Part shown: positions 14,313-26,865 of the stretch, one piece after another
Layout: the number at the start of each line of letters is the position of its first letter
Position numbering within the stretch: the first letter of the stretch is position 1
NCBI GenBank assembly: GCA_977020255.1
Contig: CDROCS010001585.1
Coordinates: forward strand, 496,001-560,000
From: Obrimoposthia wandeli
Lineage: Eukaryota
DNA: 64,000 nucleotides
Reading direction: 5' to 3'
Translations under genes and position numbers: made by a program
Notes under the pieces: generated by a model
The model's database searches: none
Told to the model about the DNA's origin: nothing
What the model saw: only the letters and a program-made list of their open reading frames with translations

Positions 14313-16447
14313 TGCCGAATCGATGCTACCGAAATTCTGAGTAGAAATGTAATATTACCTGATGTCTTTTACTCTATGATGCAAATGTTTTTAATTATCT
14401 TACCCATTGTCACCGAATTTATGAGGCATGCATCTTATAGTTTTTTATTTCCAGTATTCCATCTTTGATCAAGATGAATGGTCTACATTCTATTTTCCAG
14501 TTTAATGGCTGCAGCTTTAATTCTACAATGTATAAATGCATTGATCATTAAACAATAGACGTCAGATAAAAGCCAATCCTACAGACATAAGATTAATTCA
14601 GTATGTTTAATTTGAAATGTCTAATAAGTAATTGTAGGATTTTTGTTGCTTTGTTGGTTTTGTTCTAAGACAAATATTGAAATAAGAATTTTAGATATTT
14701 TTGAATTAATGGACAATGCAATGTATAACTTTGTGAAATGAAGGTTATATTTGTGTTTATATGGAATTCTGAAGGTATTTTTGGACACTATTTTTATACA
14801 TTATTTTGCGTTGACTTTTGACTTCGTGTTCTGAAAAAATGTATAGTTTTACCTCAGTATTTTAATACGCAACTATATTCAAGTAGTCTTTTTCGTCAAT
14901 TTTGAGTGGTTATGTTAAGTTAATTCTAAACAGAAGTTGTCTGTAAACAATTTATTTAACCGTTTATTTAAGGCTAGCAAATTCATTTGTAAAAATCATT
15001 CGATCTAGGAAAGGTTAAGCCTAATTTTTCAAATAAGTTTGTTTCTCTATACAGAACTCGGATCTATGGGTACGCTGAAACAATGTCAATTGAACAAAAC
15101 CTAATTATAAAAACGGCTGAACTAAAAAATGATAATTTTCATTTTTGTAAAAGTTAAAATTATATAGGTTAAACTATTATATCTAACCTAAATAAATTTA
15201 CAATTGACGTTTTCCAGAACTAACGTGAAAATTTCTTTTCGTGAACATATTTGTCATATTTTGAAATTTTATTTATTTAAAAAATAGTGTTTTATTTAAC
15301 ATTCAGAATATACAACATTTATTCAACATCCCATTGCGTATGTTGGAGGTTACATTTATTTTGTTTATTTTTCCAAATTTCAGAGTCTTTGTTCAACAAA
15401 ATATGAAAGTAGATTTACCCGAACGTTTTGAGAAAATTTTAAATAAGAAAATCTTCTATATAATTTTATTCGATTTTTATAGAAACCAATTTTAAGCAGT
15501 CATCAACGTGCCCTTTATAAATTAACTGATTGGTGTAGAATTTGAAAAAGGTGTCCACATCATTGAACCATTTTGGCTTATACAGTTCATTCTGAGTCAA
15601 CTTTTAAAATATCTTAAACTTGTGAATGAGTCACATGTCAAAATGTGAAGGGAATTTTCTGCCAACGTTCATTTTTGACTCTAAGAAACATTTCTTAAAA
15701 ATATTAACTAATCATGAGCAAACACACCTTTAAATGAGTAAATGAGTAACAGTGGATATAAATTTTAGCGTCATGAATTACAGCCGTAAAATAAAGATAA
15801 AACTTATTTTGAAAATAATGTTTTTTATAATATTTTAGCATAATATTTAATTATAACACCTTGAGAAATTTTTATATAACCAATAATCCTATATGTTACA
15901 AATTAAGTGTTTGATAAAATATCTGAACGAAATTGACACATGTATATGTTTTATATAGTACGTACTATTTAAATTATAATCTGTTTATTGTAATATTACT
16001 TTTTTTAACATTTTTGAGAATAATCTTTAGCCATGACTGGAGTTTTCACTGGAAATATTTTGTCTAAATATTAAACATTTGATTAAATAATTAAATACAA
16101 TATAGATCTATAAATATATCTGCAAATAAGAAGTATTAAAATATAGAATTTGTAAACACATTTAGAACCTGAATAAAGGATAAAATAAAATTCTTTACCT
16201 TATTAACACAGTAAATTAAAGATATATTATTTACTTCTAACGATGGAACTACCATAACATGTTTTAAAATTCCTTGTAGTTTCCTTGTTAGAAGTGAATA
16301 TAACTGTAGATTTACTATATTATTAAAGGAAAAAAATGCTATTGGAATCATTCATTCCGGTTCTAAGTGATTGATATTATTTTATATTTTAGTGCTTGTT
16401 ATTTGCAGATGTATTTGTAAATCTATATTGAATTTACTTATTTAATC

Positions 16448-18204
16448 GATTCCATGTAAAATGATAAAAAATAAAAAGGTTGAAAAATTAAAGGTCGAAA
16501 AATTAAATGGTCGAAAATGGAAATAGTCGAAAATTGAAATGGTCGAAAATTGAAAGGTCGAAAATTAATAAGGTCGAAAGTAAGTACTAATTTATTGTAA
16601 TGGTGAAGAATAAATAACAAACGAATACATATACATAACTTATGATACTAAACATATATTAAATATCTTTACATTATTTTTGCCACTTTTCCAAAATGAT
16701 TTGAATTGAAGTACTTTTTTCCATTTCAGCGACTACATTTTTTATCTCTCAGCTAGATTTCTGTACTTCAGTCGCATTGCAGGTTGTTTTGCTCCACTCT
16801 GTATTTGTTGAACAATAAATGCACTTTTTGTATTGCTTAGCTTTATTGTCTTTATGAATCTCCAAATATTTTCATGATTATACCGGAACATTCGGTTCTG
16901 GTCATTGTGCAAACCTTCTACTGAATAAGTAGTTTTTGGTAGCATATTTAAGGCTTCTTCATTAAAATTCCCCGATGTATGCATAAATCTTGGCTTGCTA
17001 CTTGCAGGTTCCAATCTCATATATGTTCTTTCACAATATTCAAGAAGTACTGAAAGTTCATGTGGAAAGTAATTTAATTTCTTTAAGGAGTAGTAATTAT
17101 GTTCCACATATATTGCAGGACTTAGTGATAAGCCTGTAGTACTTTTATTTTTAGTTCTTTATTTTTTATTATAAGCATCTACTACACCTAACGATTGAAT
17201 TTTTGCCCATATTGCTTTTCAAAAATTAAAGTAACATTCTTTGTGAAAAGAAATTGAAAATACAGTACCAATTGCATTAATTGTTCTTAATTCAAAATCA
17301 GTGACAATTTAATCGAGACAGAAATTATCAATACATTTTTTATTACACTGAAAAACTTGGAATAATTAAATTCCTTTTTATCAGGTAATAAGCCATATAT
17401 CAAAGAAACAAACCCCCTATCGGAAAAGCCATGCAAAGTATAAAGCTGATAAATAATTTAGGAATACTTTTAAAAGTTCCGTCACCATACCACACATGCG
17501 ATTCTTTTAATATTGTGAGCATTTGATTTGTCATGAATATTAAAATAGTATCACCTTCTTTTATCCCATTATACTTTAAAAATAATTCACTTTCATTGTT
17601 GACTTCTATCATGGCAAGCAAATCAGTAATTATCTGCTCTGATAGAATCTTTTGATAATTTTCGTTTAATCTTCAAATTCGCTGAATTACTTGCTTCATT
17701 TGAAAATCGGTTTTGTTGACAGGAAAAATATCCCGCGGTGTACTTTCTGCACAATACGCTAGTTTCAGCATCAGTATTGACGGCTTTTGATTTAATATTT
17801 TCAGTATTTTCACGACTCTCTATGATATTTGCGTATAGTAAATGAGAATGCTCATCCTTAAGAATTAATTTACTTTCTTTGATCGTAGGACAACGAGTTT
17901 ATCTTTCTTTTTCACATTTCCGATGAGTGGTGCCATTGCAAGTATCCTTATTTTTGTAATATAAAAATCCATTATTCGATAACATGTCCTTATTCTTTCG
18001 AAATTTTATAAATTATAATTTGAATACATCTGAAATTTATCTAATTTAAAAACGGAAAAAATATGATAATTTTCGATATTTTCAATTTTTGACCATTTCA
18101 ATTTTCGATCATTTCAATTTTTGACCATTTCAATTTTTGACCTTTTTATTTTCGACCATTTAAATTTTCGACCATTTCCATTTTCGACATTTTTAATGTA
18201 AAAC
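16448..18204 (-). mobile_element. Mutator-like (MULE, FLYWCH-type) DNA transposon with Foldback-style modular inverted termini; transposase frameshifted
   Basis: Minus-strand fragments HVWYGDGTFKSIPKLF (MULE DDE domain) and LPKTTYSVEGLHN (PRTNN..EG.HN motif), plus a FLYWCH-like YYKNKD...HRKCEK near 17950. About 8 imperfect copies of a ~16-bp GGTCGAAAATTGAAAT unit at 16475-16580, and the reverse-complement array at 18070-18190. Direct repeat ATTTAATC at 16440-16447 and 18205-18212 is a candidate TSD. Confidence 0.85.
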
Positions 18205-20199
18205 ATTTAATCACATGTTAACATTTGGACTAAAATATTTTCTCGTATAAACTCGAACTCGGCCTTTAATTATAAGTTTAAATATTAAAACAAGATTGGT
18301 TCACACCTCTATATTTTTTGTGTTTTGATTCATTTTGATTCAATTGGTGTATTATTATTGAACTAGTATACAAAGAATTGTTCACATATATAGTAATTCC
18401 AATTCTACAATTCATATGCGTTTCATTATATTGGCACTTGAATTGAGTTTCTAACAGAAACGTCTAAAGTAAAACATGAGCACAACAGACTAGAAATTTT
18501 GCGGGGGACAAAAACTACTATATTGATGCATTGATACAATCACAGTGAATGTTACTGACAATGCTTTACATTTCACCATTTGAAGTGATACTGTGTTGGA
18601 ACAGTCAATTGTTAATTGAAAATATCTGTAATTCTTTAGCCAATAAAATGTTGATTTGTGTTAATTTCTTCAACGTTTACTAGAAATTAAATTATTGCAC
18701 TAAACATCATTAAATTGTAAAATGCTTCTTTTAATTTTATTTTAAAGTAAAATTAAAAGTTTAAAGTATTTTGAAGCTTTTACAATTTTTAAACTTTTTT
18801 TCGTAAAAAAATTGCAAATTTTGACAAGATTGTTTATTTATAAGTTTTTAAAATGCGTCATAATTTGAATAATAAATGAACAGTAAAGTGTACAAATTTT
18901 TCAAAAGATTTACTCAAGAAAGAGAAGATATTTATTACTTTTTAAAATTTACTGATGAAAATTATATAATCCTTAAGGTTCTGTTCATATATTGATTATT
19001 TTTAGTTATATTTTGAAATATATTAACAAATAAGTTATATTACATATATATAAATTAAATAGTTACAAATTCATTATAAAATTAATAAAATTATTGATTT
19101 ATAGGTAAAATAATTTTAAAATATACAAATCTTTAAAATCAGTGACTTTATTCGAAAGAAAAGCAAGTTTATAGTCACATGGCTTAGAATTATTGGCATT
19201 TGTTAACAGGCCTAATTCCTCGGCCTAGCACTTGATCACCTCGTCGAGTAATACAGGTGAGGTTCTATTTTATTTTGAGTTGGAACCATTTTTGGTTCGT
19301 AAACTTAACACATTAGAGTGCGTCATAGAAACTTATTAAACTTGAGGCTAGAATTGTGTCGAGTTCTCAAATTTAATACTAATACAAATATAAATGTGTG
19401 AATTAGAAATAAAATGTTAGTGTTATAACTACATGCGAATACCTCACCGTTGGTCCGCGTAGATAATTTTCCTTGATGACATCAGATCAGTTGTCGATGT
19501 TTCAACTCATCTACAGATTTTCTTCTTAATTTAGTCGCTTTTTCAAACCTCTATTTTGTGTTTGTTGACTAAATTTTCGTTTTCTATTTGCTTTCCTTAT
19601 AAAGCAATAGCGTGGATTTCTAATTGGAATTTTCAATTCCATCGACTATTAAACAAAATACGATTTCAACTACTACATCAAGTGACTGAATAGTATTGTC
19701 ATCCGTGTCATATGATGTTAATTATTGACTAACACTGATTAACATTCCATAATTTCCTGTCTATCTTTTCTTAATTCTAAAATTTTAATTTAAAAAAAAT
19801 GGATTAATTTTCTATTTTTGAACCTTATAAATACTAATATTTTAGCAGAAGGTAATTTACTAATAATCAACATAAACATAAATTTGTTTTAGCAGAACAA
19901 TATATCACCACATACAGCCAAAAATTCAAAAAGAATAGAACAATGAAAATTATATACGATTTTTTACCATTTGATATATAATTTTGGTTTACTAGATAGC
20001 GTATTGATAGTAATATAAAATGTATTTATGATTTTGTTTAAGTATTGTGTCATGTAATTGCTTGTGTAACTGTGGTTTACGAACCTACGGGTATTTAGGT
20101 AATATTAATGCTGTGAATGTGTGATTGTGTGGTATGTTTGCAATTCTCAATAATGACCTAAATATATATTTGCAGCGCAACAATGAATGCTGATTTTTT

Positions 20200-21170
20200 A
20201 AACAAGATGCTTGTGTAACGAAACCTCAGATAAGTAGAGGACATGCAATAGGTGAATTGCCTATACGCCATATTATAAAACACTCGAAATAATGTATGTG
20301 ACAAGGCCACAGTGCTTCAACTACTTCTGGTTTTCAAACTACAAGAGACATGAACATTCCTATAATTGACATGGAACGCTTGTAATCAATAGGGATTGAA
20401 GATTGTAACCTAATGAAAATTCCTTAAAGTCAAATAACTATAAAAACTAAAGTATCTTTGAAATTCTATGAAAAAAAACATGCAGAAGAGACTAAAGCTA
20501 CATTTACTGCAAGTTCTGGGTGGTTTTATCGATACAAAAAACGTTCAAGCATTTATAATGTTCATATAACGAGTGAAAGTAAAAGTACTGATAAAGATGC
20601 TGCAGTAAGTTATCCAGCTGAATTGAAAAATATTATTGAGAACGGAGGTTATGCTGATGATCAAATATTTACTGTTGACGAAACAGGTTTGTACTGGAAA
20701 AAATGCCCAATAAGACTAAGTTTACAAAGAAATAAAAATTTCAATCAAATAATTTACGCTAAAAGAGCTTGACGAAATGCTTCGTGATCTTGAATCTCTC
20801 AGGCAAAAATTATGGACGGAGATCCAAATGTTGATCGTACAATGAAGGTACGTCATGAAATAGACCGTGCAATTAGCTGTTATAAAGTGAAATATGACGA
20901 GAAAAATTAAGAAAAAAACGTTTGCCACAATATTTTTAAAAAATGAAAGGTTTCAATAGCACAGGAGGCTGCAATAAATAATAGTTTAAAATAAATGTTT
21001 CGTTTTAATTTATTTCCTTGTTAATTCAAATTATTTTCGAAAACTCGGCACAAATACGGTATATTCCATACGTTATAGTTCCTGATTATTGGGGTTTCAG
21101 TTATTGCGTTTTTTCCTGCCATAATCGGGCAGCATTAACTGCAATAATTGGGGTATTCCTATATAGTTAT
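20200..21170 (+). mobile_element. Tigger/pogo (CENP-B-related) transposon remnant
   Basis: ORF 20458-20772 reads FTASSGWFYRYKKR...DQIFTVDETGLYWKKCP (Tigger F.AS.GWF..FK.R / IFN.DETGL.WK). Possible subterminal inverted match near 20220 and 21070-21100. Ends approximate. Confidence 0.8.
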
Positions 21171-21949
21171 CCCTGATCTTCGGTCTTCTAACATGTTATG
21201 TGAAGAATTTAATTTTATCTACCAACTTATTGTTAAAAATATAAAAATAAACATCAACAAACACGACAAAGAATAAAAGAAGAACATTAAAAAAATTCTA
21301 CAATGTTTTTGACACTTAATCGTTTTAATGTTTTACATTTTTTTAGATGATGAAATTATGACAAAAGAAACTTACTCTGAAATTATGGGCAGTATAAACC
21401 CTATAAAATCTGCAAAAGCGAGGTGACCTGGCTTAAGTTGCTTACATTTGGAAGGAGGGTAATATAACAATTTTATATTTATAAATTTAAATTATATTAT
21501 TTTTTAGATCAGAAAAATATGACGAAGAGTCTTTTTTTAATATTTTGACCATTTTACCTCTTAATTATGCGTCCAGAAGAATTTTAATTTATAAAGTAAA
21601 TATATCTATATCGTAAAGTAGCACATTTTTACGCTTGAAAACAAGTGTCATTTGACATGCTGTTCAATAATTATACAATTTCAGTAGTACTGAAGTTTAG
21701 AATCAGACTTTAGTACATCTATTTTCTTTTTTTTTTCTATATTTTCTTTTTTAATATGTTTTAGACAAATTCTAAAATAGATTCCTCAATGGTTTTTACA
21801 ACACACTCTAGATTATTTTTCAATTTTTTTCTGGCACGCCAGGTCTATCCACATGCCTAATTAGTATACAATAAAGATTGCACTCAACAAATACAATTTA
21901 CCAATCAATGTAAAAAAAGAGTTTGCTTCTGGGCGCACAAGTAGGCAAT

Positions 21950-23600
21950 ATGAAATCAATGGGAGATCGTGGATAACATTCAATATTTCTATATTTATTT
22001 TTGATGTCAGAAAACTCCCTATCACAGAAATAAGACAATAATAATTGCATTAAAAGTTCCAGAGCTTTTTTGAAAAATCTTCAAATTCTCCACGGATGCT
22101 CAGTCAAAATTCACTCGAAGCAAAGACTGGAAATGAGTTGTCAGTATAAAATCCATTTGTATCTCAACGAGTTTCTTTGGTTTTCAAGAAAAAAATCAGC
22201 AGTCTTGGAAATGTTTGGTAAAAATGAATCCCGAACCCATCCATTTGCTTCTATTATAGTATCTACTTCAGGGAAATATTGTTGAAAGTCATATGGAAAA
22301 TATTGTATCAGATCTTTGAAAGCAGCTACTTCAATCTTGTATTCTGAGCGAACTGGATAACTTTTCAAACATTACAATTGAATCTATTTCAACAGCCAAT
22401 TTATAGGTACAATGTTGCCAATAAAATTTTCATTTTTTCAAACTTGATCAGGATATTTATTATCGATATTTTAAATGAGAAATTGAGTTCAATTTACCAA
22501 ATATTCTACTGTACACATTTGGGTAAGTCCTACTCTAAAGTTCCAACTACTTCAGACTTGAATAAAAATGTATTTTTTCATAAATAAAAGTAACTTTTTG
22601 ACTAATACAATTTTCTTTAATGCTGTAATAATACAAAATAATTACTTCTACGAATGTTATTGACAATGAAAACCAACTTTAAAAAATATGCAAAGAAACA
22701 TTTTAACATTAAACTATCACAACTTCTGTCCTCGAAGAAGAAAGAGAAGAAATGACTACACGTGACTTTCATAACCAATCGAACTAATGGAACTAGTGGA
22801 ACTACCGGAGCTGCAAGATGTCGTGGAGAAGATAAGCATAACCAATGTGGTGCTGGCATTCAAGTACGGAGACGTGCCATTTTCGTGGAGGACACAAGTC
22901 TGGGTCTTGAGGCATTGGGTGGGATGTCAGGACCATACATCAAGTTGTTTGGCAATTATCTAAGGTTCAAAAAGTATGCCAGAATCCTGATTATGCTGAC
23001 CGGCTTCAACAACTTTAAAGCGAAGTCCGTGACAGCGTTCTTGTTGAATGACGGCAGTTCCAAAAAAGGAAAGTTGTAAAAGACCAAGTGATGATCTTCA
23101 TGAGTCGGGTAAAGAGTGACACCATATTCGTGACGGACAAGGGAGACAGCAGTATATTTGCTGAAATGAACACTGAACAGAAGAACACACTCTTTCTCTC
23201 CTTGAGAGCCATAGCTTTGGAGACTGTGAGACTATGTGGTATTCCAAATATAGATGCTTTTTTTAAAGGAGCGAATATAATTTTTTAGACTTACTATTTA
23301 ACTATTTATTTTCTACTATATTTAAGTTTTATAAGAAAAGTTGAATAAAAGTAACACCTGGTGGAGATAACCCAGATGACATCAAACTCTTGTATACTAA
23401 GAAATCTATAAACAAAAAAATGCCCTCATAAAATGAAATTCCAAAGCGTATGTCAGCAACACAAACTTTGAAATGGGTCTACATGGCGACATGACAAGCC
23501 TCAATCATCCACGAGCCAGGAAGTAGATCTTAGTTCTTGTGGTGGAAAACGCATTAGTCTACTTTATACTACTTGAGATGAAAGATTTAAATATAAAACA
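21950..23600 (-). mobile_element. hAT (Buster/Charlie, ZBED5-like) fossil interrupted by an ITPA retrocopy
   Basis: Minus strand IFGKLNS and FQQYFPEVDTIIEANGWVRDSF (YFP...WIRDPF). On the far side of the ITPA insert is a decayed YTRV*C..G..QVL (HTEVRWLSRGKVL). Confidence 0.6.
22752..23250 (+). pseudogene. ITPA: Processed pseudogene of inosine triphosphate pyrophosphatase (ITPA/Ham1)
   Basis: Intronless, with frameshifts and deletions: VTFIT..ELPELQ..EKISI...IFVEDTSLGLEALGGMSGPYIKLF...LTGFNNFKAKSVTAF...IFAEMNTEQKNTL..LRAI. The catalytic-region G.IV.PRG..FGWD segment is missing. A 12-bp direct repeat AATAAAAGTAAC lies at 22583-22594 and 23344-23355. Confidence 0.85.
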
Positions 23601-24089
23601 TCTGCAATGTACTTAATAAATATACTTAAATACCATCCAGCTAAACTTTTATTCTCCAGGTTAACTGTATTTTTAAATCTGATACTCACTGTCTGGTCAA
23701 ATCTAGGTCGTATATGCAAAGAGTATGAACTATAAACCGAATTTTACATTCAGATAGCGTTTGTTTCTAAGAGAAGCATGGAGCAATTAGCAAATTGATA
23801 GCAAACAATTTCAACAATATATTACATAAATAAGCAAAGATTCCAGATTCGATGGAACATAGGTAGGATGACTGATTGTTACCGAAGTCTTAAAGACTTG
23901 AAAAATATTTTGAAAAGGATATATAATACGGCGAAATATGAAAATATTCCATTCAATTAATTTAAGCTTTATAGAAGTAGTTTTGATTCCAGAAAAAGAC
24001 AAAAATTATTATATGTATCATCGTGCCTAAAAAAGCCCTTAAACATATTTTAATCCGTATACATTAAATCATCGCTATAAATATTAAAA

Positions 24090-24300
24090 TTTTATATTGG
24101 ATAAAGATATTGAAGAGATTATTATGGAAAATGATATTACGGATACAGATTACGAATCTTTACTGGATCTTTCTAGACTAAAAGCTGAAATATTTAGCTC
24201 ACGTTTGCAACAATGGGATCAATTAGAAATCTATACAAGCATTTCATGTTTTAGCATTTCGAACCCGAAAAATAATTGTTATAGCTAAATACACATTTTC
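24090..24300 (+). mobile_element. Possible Chapaev3-like transposase fragment
   Basis: YESLLDLSRLKAEIFSSRLQQWDQL resembles the L.LSK.KAELL.SRLKQWNLL motif. Family assignment from memory; short match. Confidence 0.3.
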
Positions 24301-25329
24301 ATATACATGTCAAATCTTTATGTTGTATATAAAAATTGTTTTCTGACCATGCTGACGTCTCAAATATTTACGAATGGGAATTTCTAGTAACATTTTCGAA
24401 ATTAAAACTTATGTGGACTATGCTTTTCCATCAAAGGAAAAAATAAAAGATTTTATTTTTAAGCAGTGTAATTGTAAAATAAAATTAATAAATATTATTA
24501 TTACATAAGCAAAACCTTTTTTATTATATTAAAGCTTATTTTAGAATCGAAGAGTAAATTAAATTAAAAAGTTGGCCTAAATTTCTGAAGAATTACAGTT
24601 CAAAATATTATACCCAATTACAGACAAGTGAATATTGGGTTTAGCAAATATTTACCAAGATCTATTTTGTTCTTGGATCGATATGGAATGATAGTCAACC
24701 ACTGCCAAGAAATTTGAAGTGACCCCACTTAACAACTACGAAGCAAACATTCCAGGACTTATTTTACCATCAAAACCAGTAAGAAAAAAGAATTAAAAAT
24801 TCCTAAATATATATACTTAATACTTTGAAAACTCAAATTGAAAATTTATAAATTAATGTTATTACAGGGAAATGTATTATTGTGAAAGCTAGAAAAATTG
24901 GAATATTTACATATAATATACGTAGCATTAGCATGATGAAGGATTTTAAAAACTATTTTTCAAAAAGATTATGTGTTTCTGAGCCATCCTTATTCCTACT
25001 TCATTTGTTTGAAATCCGTTTAAAATTTTATGAGGCAAAATGGATTTTAATTAAATTTATTTATTACTTTGAAAAAAAAGCTTTTTACTCCTAAACCACG
25101 TTTCTGATTTCTTTGGTCAATACACAATAACATCTAGAGCTCTGTGCTGAGAGCTTTTCAAGCAACGGAGTTTTTTTGTTGGAAAATCGTCAGCGGCGAT
25201 AAATAAAAATAATAAAAAAATCTGTTTAATATCAAGGTTTGACCGTCTTATTTAACCAAGTCATCCCACATCGTCAGTGTGTCTTAAAACTGGCCATGTT
25301 TCTTTTCTCATCTTATTTCTATTTGTCAT

Positions 25330-25760
25330 TGCAAGCTATTGTCAAAATTAGAGGGGGAGAAAATGAAAAGAATGAGGATTGTGAACCTGTGTACGATTCA
25401 AAATAGCTTAGCCATGTGGACCAGAGAGAGAGTCGAAGATGCCTTTGTGACGGTTGAAAATTCTTCGTTGTGTGGTAGAAGATGTAGTGCGATGGTACAA
25501 TGTGTAACCGTATCTAAGGGGTCTTAAAATCACGGTGTCATGTGAAGTAATAATAACGTTTGCTTCTTAATTGAGAAAGAAGGGGCCATTCGATCTGTGG
25601 TCGAGTCTTCCTTAGTTTTCTTATAAAATTGACATTATTATTGTTATCTCTGGCTTCGTCGGAATCTCCACTAAGAAGTCAGACATAAAAAGCCATATTC
25701 CTGATGAGCCCGATAGGGCGAAGCAGGTGCAAGACTGTCGGATTTGGACACATTAAAATA
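25330..25760 (+). mobile_element. Probable 3' end / pseudo-LTR of a Penelope-like element
   Basis: The weak translation TRERVEDAFVTVENSSLC resembles the GIY-YIG C-terminus (R..KEAI.I...PSLN). It is followed ~250 nt later by a type I hammerhead, the arrangement expected for PLE ends. Confidence 0.4.
25693..25747 (+). ncRNA. Type I hammerhead ribozyme motif (A15.1>G variant)
   Basis: Stem I ccatattc(25693-25700)/ggatttgg(25740-25747) has 6 WC, 1 GU and 1 mismatch. Core CTGATGA at 25701-25707. Stem II GCCC-gata-GGGC at 25708-25719. GAAG at 25720-25723 (consensus GAAA). Stem III CAG-gtgcaaga-CTG. GTC triplet with predicted cleavage after C25739. Confidence 0.85.
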
Positions 25761-25779
25761 ACCATTATCAAGCAAAATG

Positions 25780-26040
25780 CCAAAGTGCTTAAATCCACAA
25801 AAATTCAATGAATTTATTTAAAAGGAATAGGATTTTCAATGGGATAATTAATATTCCCAGCAACGAAACCTTTCTTGAAACGAGATATCCGTGTTAGGAT
25901 GAGCTGGATAATTATCATTAACAAGACAAACTTTTCAATTTTTATTGTTAACTCATTGTCAAATCCCCGAGCCAATTCTTTCCATATTGTACTGTTTATC
26001 CATGCATTTCTATGTCAGTTATAGTTATTGTTTGGAAGAT
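25780..26040 (-). mobile_element. pogo/Tigger DDE_1 fossil
   Basis: Minus strand AWINSTIWKELARGFDNE...KVCLVNDNYPAHP (AWMTS.IF.EWL..FD / LLLDN.PAHP). Confidence 0.55.
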
Positions 26041-26865
26041 AAGAAATACTTATTAAATATATAAAACTTTAATTTTATTGACGTAGGATAATAATAATAT
26101 ACCTTTAATTAGACTAGTTAACCAAAGTCTACTTTACTTTGTATTACTTATTTATTCTCCATAAATGGTTAAACTGAATTGAATTTGTACATGTTCAAGT
26201 AAAATATATACAGTATTTTGAATATGGCTTTTATTATATCCTCCAAGTATTAGAAACGGACGGTATTAATATAGGAAAAATTATCCATTGACTAAGGATA
26301 TTAAGACTATATAGATATTAGGGCAAGAGGAGTGACTTCCAGAGCCGCACATAGGAACTAAGAGGATTATAGACTAAAGGAATTCGAGGGTCATTCATTA
26401 CGTATGTTCAGCCTCGTGTCTATTAAAATATATATGATACTTATTTAGTGTAGCATAAACATAAAAAAGCTGAAAATTTATATTATATTAATTGTTAAAA
26501 TTGTCAACTTCAAATAGCCAAGCTAGTAAATATAAAGTATGGATATTTGATAGAAAACAACAGATTTAATGAAAGATAATAACTTTATCAGGATGAGAAA
26601 TCAAACACAAACTTCTTTTTTTTCTTTATTTATTTGCAACAAAGTCTGATTAAATGATCCACATAATGTAGTTTATTTTAAATTAGTTCAAAAAAAACAT
26701 TAAAGCTCAAAATAAACAAATCTTCTCCATTCATGTATCTTTCTTTATCAGGGCTCCTGGGCTATAGACTATAATAGCTCATATGTAAATTCAATCTTGG
26801 TGACAACCCTGGAAAGGGGTAAAGTGAAAAACCGAATATATTTGTTGCCTTGTAATCCGGGTCAT

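Noticed and set aside
16475-16580. Short regularly spaced repeats that might suggest a CRISPR array
   Set aside because: Units are contiguous with no unique spacers, the context is eukaryotic, and they mirror an inverted array at the other end of a MULE.
19200-19500. Small GC-richer patches with splice-like signals and a short AGGCC/GGCCT hairpin
   Set aside because: The best spliced model gives only ~24 aa, other frames have stops, and the hairpin does not fit Helitron end spacing.
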